From NCBI GenBank assembly GCA_965197745.1, contig CBDANS010000007.1:96001-160000 (forward strand): a DNA stretch of 64,000 nucleotides, given 5' to 3'. This DNA comes from Opitutales bacterium (GTDB lineage: Bacteria > Verrucomicrobiota > Verrucomicrobiia > Opitutales > PNEW01). The translations under genes and the position numbers were made by a program. Under the pieces are notes generated by a model. That model did no database searches, was not told the DNA's origin, and worked only from the letters and a program-made list of their open reading frames with translations. Numbering within the stretch: position 1 is the stretch's first letter; each line of letters starts with the position of its first letter. Below are positions 50,829 to 59,576 of this stretch, piece after piece.

Positions 50829-51641
50829 ATGCAATGGGAGAAATTAAGTTCGGAAGAATTTGAAGAAGGAGTCATTAAATGTGGTGGAGTGTGTATCCTG
50901 CCGATTGGTGTGTTGGAATATCATGGCGCACAGCTTCCGCTCGGGACGGATCTGTATCGGGCGCACGGTATGGCTTGTGATGTCGCTGCCGTGGAACCTG
51001 CGATGGTATTCCCGAAATATCCTTTTACCGCAAATTTTGAAACAAAAGCTTATCCCGGTGGCATCGTCATCAATAATCGATTAATTTTTGAATTACTGGA
51101 AAACGTCTGTGACGAAATCTCCCGCAATGGTCTGCACAAAATACTCCTCATCAGCGGACACGGCGGGAATAAATGGTTTTTACCGCAATTTGTCATGTCC
51201 ATGTTGGATAAAAATAAGGATTACATCCTTTATTACGCTGACGCTCGTGGCCGTGATCCCGATGCGGTGGGCGGCTACATGGACAAGGATTTATTTAACG
51301 CCACCTTTGACTCGGTAGATTACGGACATGCGGATGAGTGGGAAGCCAGCGAAATGCTGCACATTCATCCAGAGCTGGTTCATATGGACAAAGCAGCCGA
51401 GGTGAATGAACCGCCCCGCGATCGCCTTGAGCATTTGCCCAATACTTACACCCCCGTGGACTGGTTTTCGCGTCAACCCGATTTGACGAGAGGAACACCG
51501 GGTCTTGCCACTGCTGAAAAGGGGAAAGTCTTCTGGGAACAGCAGATAAAATCGCTCGCTTCATTAGTCAAAGCGATAAAAGACGATACCAAAGCAAAGG
51601 AACTTTACGAAGAATTCAATAAGCGAATATATCGCAAATAA
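50829..51641 (+). CDS. Creatininase family amidohydrolase
   Basis: 'LPIGVLEYHGAQLPLGTD', 'SGHGGN', 'HADEWE'; GGAGG RBS. Confidence 0.9.
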   Translation: MQWEKLSSEEFEEGVIKCGGVCILPIGVLEYHGAQLPLGTDLYRAHGMACDVAAVEPAMVFPKYPFTANFETKAYPGGIVINNRLIFELLENVCDEISRNGLHKILLISGHGGNKWFLPQFVMSMLDKNKDYILYYADARGRDPDAVGGYMDKDLFNATFDSVDYGHADEWEASEMLHIHPELVHMDKAAEVNEPPRDRLEHLPNTYTPVDWFSRQPDLTRGTPGLATAEKGKVFWEQQIKSLASLVKAIKDDTKAKELYEEFNKRIYRK

Positions 51642-51646
51642 AAAAG

Positions 51647-53062
51647 TTAGCCGTCGAGCTCGCCTTCTTCCTTGAGCATACCAATGGTTTGACGAAATGC
51701 ATTGACGGTGGTTTCCCGGTCTTTGTCCGTGTGGACAGCTGAGACCGGTGCGCCTGGCCAGGACTGAACATCAATACCGTGTAAGAGTAAACCGATCCGA
51801 ATTTTTTTAGGCAGGGTAGGTTTCACGGGCGGGCGCAGGGTAAAATAATCAAATTTACCTGATTCGATTTCTTCGGGTGTAGTCTTGATATTATTGGGAT
51901 TAAGAAAAACATGGAATCCTCCATAAGTTCCATAGGAGATCCAGTTCAACCCTTCTTCTTTAAATACCTCGTTTAATTCACCTTGCAATCGGGTCCCATA
52001 GTTGATGGCACGCTCACAAACATCCGTTGATTTAACAATCTCCATGGCGGCTATTCCCGCGGCACAGGATGTAGGCATCGCGTTATAGGTACCTTGATGA
52101 CCGATCTTTTCAATATTGGCATCTTTTGTATGATGGAAATCGAGCAAATCGAGTATATCCTTTCGGCCTACGATGGCGGCACCGTGCATACCGCTAGCGA
52201 CAATTTTACCCAGTGTAGTCAAGTCGGGTGTAATTCCCAATGCCCCTTGAAGGCCGCCTGGTGAACAGCGGAAGCCACAGATGACTTCATCAAAAATTAA
52301 AACAATATTACGTTGTGCTGTAATCTCTCGTAATGATTGAAGAAAAGCTTTGGTTACGGGCACCTGCCCCCAGGTTGAACCTGTGGGCTCTAAAATTACA
52401 GCCGCGATATCGTCGTGTGATTCAATAATGCGACGTGTATCCTCAATATCCCAAGGGGGTGCGATGACTACATTTTCAGCGATTTCAGGTAAAACGCCGG
52501 TCGTGGGTGTTCCATCAAAATGAGAGACAAATCCGAATGAAACATGGTCCTGCCATCCGTGAAAATGTCCGGTGAATCGGAGTATCTTATTGCGGCCGGT
52601 AAAGGCTCGCGCCAGGCGTAATCCCAAGAGCGTTGCTTCCGTTCCGGAATTTGTTAGACGCACACGTTCAGCACAAGGTATCATCTCCTGTATCAGTTCC
52701 CCCCACTTTACTTCCAATTCATGACTGGCCCCGTAGTGAGTACCCCGGGATATTTGCTTTTCAACCGCTTCGACTAATGCTGGATGGGCGTGACCTAAGA
52801 GCAGGGCGCCGTGGCCTCCCGTGTAGTCTACATATTCATTCCCGTCGACATCCCACTTATGTGAGCCTTGCGCCCGATTGACGTAGATGCCATACGGCTC
52901 TATGTAGCGAGTATCATGCGTGATCCCACTGGGAAAAACCTTTCTTGCTTGTTCCGCTAATTGTGCCGAACCCGGTGTCTTGCGGCAGTATTCCTCAATG
53001 ATAGGAGAGTTGGTTAAATCTTCAGGAATAAGTGGTGACAGTAATTTTGTCGTTGAAGCCAT
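51647..53062 (-). CDS. Class III PLP aminotransferase (GSA-aminomutase-like)
   Basis: 'WDVDGNEYVD', 'NSGTEAT', 'FHGW', 'IFDEVICGFR', 'PDLTTLGK'. Confidence 0.92.
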   Translation of the reverse strand: MASTTKLLSPLIPEDLTNSPIIEEYCRKTPGSAQLAEQARKVFPSGITHDTRYIEPYGIYVNRAQGSHKWDVDGNEYVDYTGGHGALLLGHAHPALVEAVEKQISRGTHYGASHELEVKWGELIQEMIPCAERVRLTNSGTEATLLGLRLARAFTGRNKILRFTGHFHGWQDHVSFGFVSHFDGTPTTGVLPEIAENVVIAPPWDIEDTRRIIESHDDIAAVILEPTGSTWGQVPVTKAFLQSLREITAQRNIVLIFDEVICGFRCSPGGLQGALGITPDLTTLGKIVASGMHGAAIVGRKDILDLLDFHHTKDANIEKIGHQGTYNAMPTSCAAGIAAMEIVKSTDVCERAINYGTRLQGELNEVFKEEGLNWISYGTYGGFHVFLNPNNIKTTPEEIESGKFDYFTLRPPVKPTLPKKIRIGLLLHGIDVQSWPGAPVSAVHTDKDRETTVNAFRQTIGMLKEEGELDG

Positions 53063-53072
53063 GGCGTGTCCT

Positions 53073-53792
53073 CTATTTGCCCGCTATTTGTTCTTTTATT
53101 TTATTTATGCAGTTTTGGAACTCATCACGCGCCGCATGGCATTTCTCTTTTGAGGGATCATCACTTTGCGCCCATTCCAGCATGACTCCCTCTGCGGCGA
53201 TAAAATCATCTGCGACATCGGCAACATCTGCTGCGATATCAATCGGTATGGTCGTGACCCCGTTGTGATCACCGTGGATTAGATCATTGGGGTTTATCAC
53301 CGTACCCCCCACCTTGATCTGCACACAAATTTGAGGAATTTGTCCATAACCGTGAGAACAATTAGTGCCATTCGTGAATACGGGGAACTCAATCTTCCTC
53401 ACTTGATCCAAATCACGACCCGCTCCGCTTGTAATGAGCCCTGCCGCGCCAAAAGTTTTATAGGTATTACACATGATGTCTCCAAATGTCGCGGCGACGG
53501 TAGGTATATCCAGATCCTGAAAGACAATTACCGCAGGTCCGGACAATTCTTCGAACCGGTCGATCTGCTCCAGCACTTTTTCATATGGGGACCTATCGCT
53601 ATGAGGCGCAGCTGAACGATAAGTTGCGGTAGAGGCAAAACCAACCATGGGAGGAAGCTCATGGAAGCAAGCTTTAATTCCCTGGTCCATGTATCCCACA
53701 TTAAAGGGGCGGACATCGAAAAGCTCGATAACGTTGCAAATCGTCGCGGTGTCTATCTGGCGTAATTTATCTAAAACATCTTTGGTAATCAT
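53073..53792 (-). CDS. RraA/HMG-aldolase family protein
   Basis: 'DTATICN', 'ATFGDIM', 'GAGRD', 'DLIHGDHNGV'. Confidence 0.9.
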   Translation of the reverse strand: MITKDVLDKLRQIDTATICNVIELFDVRPFNVGYMDQGIKACFHELPPMVGFASTATYRSAAPHSDRSPYEKVLEQIDRFEELSGPAVIVFQDLDIPTVAATFGDIMCNTYKTFGAAGLITSGAGRDLDQVRKIEFPVFTNGTNCSHGYGQIPQICVQIKVGGTVINPNDLIHGDHNGVTTIPIDIAADVADVADDFIAAEGVMLEWAQSDDPSKEKCHAARDEFQNCINKIKEQIAGK

Positions 53793-53830
53793 TAAGTGGA
53801 TTCAAATAGCCACACACTTTATGATCAACA

Positions 53831-54331
53831 TTAATATTTTTTCCCATGAACAGTAGGGAAACTTGAAGAGGAGCCATTCCATATTGATTCCTCACTACTC
53901 TTTTCCCCGGATATCACGCCAAAAATAACCCCGACGAAATTCCTCTCAGTTACCATTTGTGGATCCTGATTTTTATTATTAAAGCCCTGGGCATACCATT
54001 CATTCCCGATTTTCACGCGTAATGTGTGCCCGACCAGATCGCCCTGATTGTCGCGATAGACGACCGACATCCCTTTTCCCAGTTTATGATAGGCGGTTGT
54101 CTCTACAATGAGAATGGTATTTTCTCCATAAAAAGGGAGCATGGATTTTCCATTTCCCCGCATGATTTTCCAATTGTTATTGAGGGATACCAGTTTTTCA
54201 GCATCTTTAATCGCATTTTCAAAAGTAAAGACGGTATTTGCCATCGCGCCTGACAAAGCCATGGGTCTCCCTAACAATATTAAGACGGACAATAACGTGA
54301 TTTTTAATAGATGCCTTATAACGCTTCGCAT
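53831..54331 (-). CDS. Exported S24/S26 (signal peptidase-like) protein
   Basis: Signal peptide; 'GKSMLP' (Ser), 'VVYR...VGHT' (His), 'AQGFNNKNQDP'. Confidence 0.65.
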   Translation of the reverse strand: MRSVIRHLLKITLLSVLILLGRPMALSGAMANTVFTFENAIKDAEKLVSLNNNWKIMRGNGKSMLPFYGENTILIVETTAYHKLGKGMSVVYRDNQGDLVGHTLRVKIGNEWYAQGFNNKNQDPQMVTERNFVGVIFGVISGEKSSEESIWNGSSSSFPTVHGKKY

Positions 54332-54710
54332 GCATCAATTAACGTCATTTATGCGCCTGTTATATATCCGATTATAACTGTAATTTAACGGTAGAAATTA
54401 TGGATGATTCCTCAGGAGTATCCTGTAGAAGCGTTATCAATTTGCGATTGTCGATTTGCGATTTTTGATTGAAGAAGAAGCAGACGTGGGACGAAGACGA
54501 AGAGGCAGAACCGACTATGAACGGGGCTTAGTAACGTCTAATAAGTTACTTATTAATAAAGAGTTACACTTAAATATCGATGCATAAATAATTTATATTT
54601 TCCTCTGATTTCCTTACCTTTCCTCAATGTGTTTGGCAGGAATGGGCAGGAATCATACATTTTGCTGATCTTCAGCCAGGAATTGGCCAAGAATTTTTGA
54701 GTGGATTTAA

Positions 54711-56090
54711 TCGAGTGACCCCAAAAAATCGTATCATTTAAAGAGAGAGGTTATCGGGATAAACCGATAACTTCAATGAAAAGAAAAAGATACACAACAG
54801 AACAAATCATCGCAATATTCCGGCAAGCCGATACTGGTAAAACCGTGCAGGATGTGTCTGCGGTGGAAACAACATAAGTGAACAAACCTTCTATCGCTGG
54901 GGTAAAAAGGATGGCAGCTTGGAACTAACCGATGCGAAGCGATTTAAAGTGTTGGAAAAAGAAAACACCGAGCCTAGGTGAGAAGACCTGCCATACCGAG
55001 CTTTAGAAGCTGCTTGCTGATCAAATGCTAAAGAATCAGGTGATGGAGGAAACATTGTCTAAAAAGGGGTGAGCCCAAAGCAGAAGAAGCGAGCCGTAAA
55101 GGAGGTGGCTGAGAAAGAGCTGTGCTCGTATTGGAGGGCTTGTGCTTATCTCAGCCTCAGTAGGTCAACGTTCAGCTACCGGCCCAGGCAGGTCAATAGG
55201 AAAGCTCAGCGATTGGCCGAGCGCATTGTGGTGCTTTCCTGGGAACATCCTCGTTACGGTTACCGGTGTATCGGTGCCTTGCTGGTAAAGGAAGGGTGGA
55301 CAACAAGTAGGAAGTTTGTCCAAGCGCTACGACCTTAAGAAGGGCTGCAGGTAAAGCCCTCCGAAAAAGCGTAGACACCGTCAAGGGGTCTCTACGGGAC
55401 CTCCTACTAAAGCAACCGGTCGCAATCACGTTTGATCCTGGGACTTTGTCCATGATCGCACAGACCATGGCGGTCCCTTAAAGAGGATGACTCTGATAGA
55501 TGAATAGACGCGTCAATCCCTGCATATCCAGGTAGCTCGTCAACTCACCTCTAAGTACGTCCTCACTATTCTCAGCGAGGCCATTGAAAAGAGGGGGCAT
55601 CTCTATCCGTAGTGACAACGGCAGTGAGTTCATTGCTCATCAAGTGCAGCAGCGGTTGTCCGACAAAAACATCAAGGCGATCTATAGCGATCTGGTCAGT
55701 CCCTGGCTACCGAGCGAAGCGGCACCTCAACGAGCGATAGCGAGAATAACAAACTTTTTCATCGAGTCGTTTTACAACCGCTTACCCAATGTACCGAGGA
55801 ACGAAGTGACGACATAGCGATGCGCTCATGTTTGAACCTTGGTGTATGGCTCAGCGTAGCTGAAGCGCAAGTGGTAATCGAACAATAGCTTCAGACCTAT
55901 AATAATAAACCTCCCCACAGTCGTTTAGGCTTTAAAACTAACAAGAGTTTGTCAGATTCCTTTCCGATCTTGGATGCGTTCGGGCTACGCCCTCACTTCG
56001 CAAGGATCGCTCCTATACATCAATCCTAAAACCATTAACACCCGATAACTCTCTCACTTAAAAATTGGTACGAAAAAAGGGGTCCGATCA
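54711..56090 (+). mobile_element. Decayed IS3-family element (IS407-like)
   Basis: orfA 'MKRKRYTTEQII' with frameshifts; orfB fragments 'HPRYGYR', 'WDFVHD', 'IRSDNGSEF', 'IESF', 'PHSRLGFK'; terminal IRs, the right one ending GGGGTCCGATCA. Confidence 0.9.
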
Positions 56091-56097
56091 GCAGAAC

Positions 56098-56148
56098 ACC
56101 CACGGAATGGCTCTCACTAAACTTGGTAGTAATTATGGGGTCCAAGCA
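56098..56148 (+). mobile_element. Right end of a second IS3-family element (inverted partner at 58132-58182)
   Basis: 51-bp inverted repeat, 48 of 51 identical, ending ...GGGGTCCAAGCA. Confidence 0.8.
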
Positions 56149-56369
56149 CTAGCTGGGGACACTGAATCGGGTGTCCGGAGACCACCGTTTTATAGCAAGC
56201 ATCGATGTGACGCAGGTGACCTGGATTGTTCCGTTGGGGCCACTGAGGGGTGCGCTGTTGCTGTCCCCTTTGTACCTTTCCCCACCCTTGTGGCCGTACC
56301 TCGGATAGGCCTCCCTACTCCGATCAGGGGCTGCATCAGGTCATGCAGCGGCACCAAACGGCTTATTTT

Positions 56370-58130
56370 TCACGACCGACCGTCCCGAACCGGCCTCGGT
56401 GCTTCGACGCGGACGGTAACTATATCCGTGTCATGGTATTGCTGGTGATGCACCGAGGACGCGAGATGCCGCAACAGCCGAAGCGAGACTTCCCGCTCGC
56501 TCGCCGTCTCGTCGGCATATTCGCCAAGCAGCGCGATCCGATCCTGAAGGTTCTCCTCGCTCGATGCTGCGACGAACTCAAGGACCGCCGTGCTGCCCTC
56601 CTTGTGCGCAATCAGCAGCAGGTTCCGCGGGGGACGGTCTTCTGCGTTTTTCTGGAGAAGCGTCAGCAGTGTCTCCTCGCTCGCAGCGTCGAGGCGGTTC
56701 ACCATCGCTTTATTCCAATCGCTACGGGATGCGAACATGCTAAGAAACTCCCTGATCTTCGGCAGGACCGAAATATCAAACTCCACTTCGATTCGGCGGC
56801 GACGGGGTTCCGTAAACTCCATGAGCAAGGTCATGAGAATGGCTGTCAAACCGCCAGCTGTCATTCCATTCCGAAACAAGCCGCCCGCGAATTCTGAGAC
56901 ATACTCGGAAAATATCATACCGTTCTGGAAGCCCATCCCGACCCAGAACGCAACCCCGGCGACCAGGCCCTTGCGATAATCGACTCCGTTCTGGACGACG
57001 ATCTTCATGCCCAGGACGAAGAGCATCGCTAGCATCACCGTGGCATAGGCTGCAACGACCGGGTTGGGTATCGCCAAGACCACGGCGAGCGCCTTCGGGC
57101 AGAACGCCAAGGCGACGAAGATCGCCCCGAGGGCGATTCCGACGCCACGGGCGGCGACCCCGGTAAGCTCGGTCATGGACACGCTCGTCGAGTATGTCGT
57201 GTTCGGCACTGTTCCCGCGAGACCGGACAGCAGGTTGCCCACACCGTCCGCGGCCACCGCGCCCTGCACCGCCCTGAAGTCTACCGCCCGGAGCTGGCGC
57301 CAGGATATGCGCTGAATGGCGACGGAATCGCCGATCGTCTCGATCGGCGCCGATCAGGGTAACGAACGCGAACGACGGGAGTAGCGTCCAGAAAACAGGT
57401 CCGAAGTCAAGATCCAGACCCGGCCATACACCTTTCGGGAAGCCGATCCACGGCGCTGCGGCGACACGGCCGACGTCGTAGAGACCGAAGAAGCCGCCAA
57501 CCACCGATCCGACGGCTACGCCGATGACCAGCGTCCAGAGGCGTAGCACACCGGTCGCCTTCAGCGCGATCGCAACAATGACGATCATGGTCGCAAGTGA
57601 GCTCAGTTGCGCGGCCTGTGAGGGAATCCTATCCGGTACATCCCCCAGCAGATCAAAGATAATTGGCATGACCGTGACCGGTATCAGCATGATCACAGTT
57701 CCCGAAACGGCCGAAGTCAGAATTCTCCGCAACAACGAGAGCCGTGCGGAAAGCACGAACTGGAAGAATGACGAAAAGACGACCAGGGTGGCGAGCATCG
57801 CCGGACCGCCCTCTGCCAACGCCGTGACGCAGACCGCGATAAAGGCCCCGGAGATGCCCATGGCAAGAACATAACCAGCGCCAACCCGGCCGATCCGGAT
57901 CGCTTGCAAGACAGTGCTCGCACCGCTAACGATGACTGCCGCGAAGATCGCCCATGACAAATAGGCTTCGGTCCCGCCACCGGCACGGATCACGATCGCT
58001 GGGGTCAAGACGATGCCGGCCACGCAAAGAATGGCAGCTGTAGGCCGAGGCCTACAGTCAGCGCGAACGGCGGGTTCTCGTCGGGTTGGTAGCGGACGCT
58101 AGTTCTTCGCTCAGTATCAGAGGTAGCCAT
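56370..58130 (-). pseudogene. NCS2 (xanthine/uracil permease-like) protein with C-terminal soluble domain, two frameshifts
   Basis: ATG 58130 'MATSDTERRTSVRYQPDENPP...GLGLQ'; shifts near 58037 and 57346; 'IETIGD', 'GAVAADGVGN...PNTTYS...LTGVA', 'FCPK'. Visibly much higher GC than the flanks. Confidence 0.85.
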
Positions 58131-58131
58131 G

Positions 58132-58322
58132 TGCTTGGATCCCATAATTACTACCAAGTTAAGTGAAAGCCATTCCGTGGGTTATCTGTTGTTGGTTTAG
58201 CAGATACTGGCGGTGAGAGGCCGTAGGCAGAGTGGAGCCAGCACCTTCTAGATTAAGTTCGTGCCAGAGTTTGGCAAAAACATTGGGCGAGAGGAAGCCT
58301 AAACGACTATGAGGGTGATGGG
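58132..58322 (-). mobile_element. IS3-family 3' remnant
   Basis: 'HPHSRLGFLSPNVF' integrase tail followed by the IR that pairs with 56098-56148. Confidence 0.8.
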
Positions 58323-58323
58323 C

Positions 58324-58520
58324 TGAACTAGTTACGATAAGATCTGACAGAAGCAAGAGAAGGGATACACTGTGTGGGAAGTTAAGCAATAACAACAGCC
58401 CCCTAGTGTGCTGACCCAAACAGGAGTAACCGAAATGAGAATAAACGAAAAAATCATCAGAAATAAAGTAGGATTATTAAATCTGGCTGAAGAGCTGGGA
58501 AATGTATCAAAAACCTTCAG
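58324..58520 (+). mobile_element. IS481-family 5' remnant
   Basis: TGAACTAGTTACGATAAGATCTGACA end; ATG 58435 'MRINEKIIRNKVGLLNLAEELGNVSK', truncated. Confidence 0.75.
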
Positions 58521-58583
58521 GCATTATTTGACCAAATGCCTCTGTTATAAGAAATAAGCCGATAAGAGTTATTTGTAACATCT

Positions 58584-59560
58584 TCATAACTGGTTTGATG
58601 GTTTTAGCAGTCCTTTCCATTCAGTGTTTGTCAAGACCTCTGGAATTGTCAATTCGCCGTTACACAGTGCCGCTCGTAATGCCGTGTCCAGCTGTGTTCT
58701 TGTCATTGACGAGCCGGTTACGAGGCTTATACCAACTGCATTATTTTCCAGATCCATCACTGTTGCATTATGCGTACTGTTTCCTGATAAATTGGTGACA
58801 TTATGAGCAGTTGCTAGTCCTTTTGCATCCTCCGCATTCCAATCGATGGTTATTATCCCAATCTAATAAGCATGCCTTGCTGCATCCGATCTACCGTTAC
58901 TAAGTCCACCACCTAAACTTGAAGAATTCGTAGAAGTATAAATAAGCGCTCCAATACGAAGGGAAACCGCTGAATAAATTCAGGTGGATGAAGATGAACG
59001 GACTGGGTCTGATCACCCAGTAAACTGAATGTTACACATATTGTGTCTCCCGTTCCTACCTTCTAACCTGATCAAGTGAATCTTACCGTAACCAGACTAG
59101 AATTTTCCTGCTCTCAAAATTCGACGCATCACCTCTAATCACGCCGTTTTTACCATCGAGAGGTGTGCATGGGCGAACTTTGTTCCAATTGACCATTAGC
59201 TGATTTTGAAATCCATCTATAACTGCTGGACCATCATTTCCGCCAACACGAAAATAAGAGCATGGAACTTTGACTCTGCCACGGCGACAACTCAGTCGTT
59301 TGAGGTATAACCTCCTGTGGGATATTCGGAATCTAAAGTATCAGTCGTGGTAATCCCGCAGGGAATGCTCTGGTTTTCATCGATGATTATACATCGGCCA
59401 TTGTCGGTGATAAAAAATTCAGTGTTATCTGATCGAAGCTCACCTGCCTGTCGTCCATAGTTCCCCCACAGAGTAACGATGAGGGTCGTCCGTAGTTCCG
59501 CGATTGTGGGGTGTAAGCTGGTTCCTCGAGTGCGTATATTCGTGTGATGTGTGTTAATTC
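58584..59560 (-). pseudogene. Decayed protein with DUF6973-like C-terminal domain
   Basis: Reading through stops gives 'NGRSDAARHAY*...AKGLATAH...MDLENNAVG'; the 5' boundary is uncertain. Confidence 0.55.
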
Positions 59561-59576
59561 ATGATTTAAAAAAGGT

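Noticed and set aside
51647..53062. hemL assignment
   Set aside because: It is GSA-like but divergent (for example 'SGITHD' and 'FHGWQD') and sits in a catabolic context, so I left it as a class III aminotransferase.
56250..56897. 215-aa + strand ORF
   Set aside because: It is antisense to the high-GC NCS2 gene and has no motifs.
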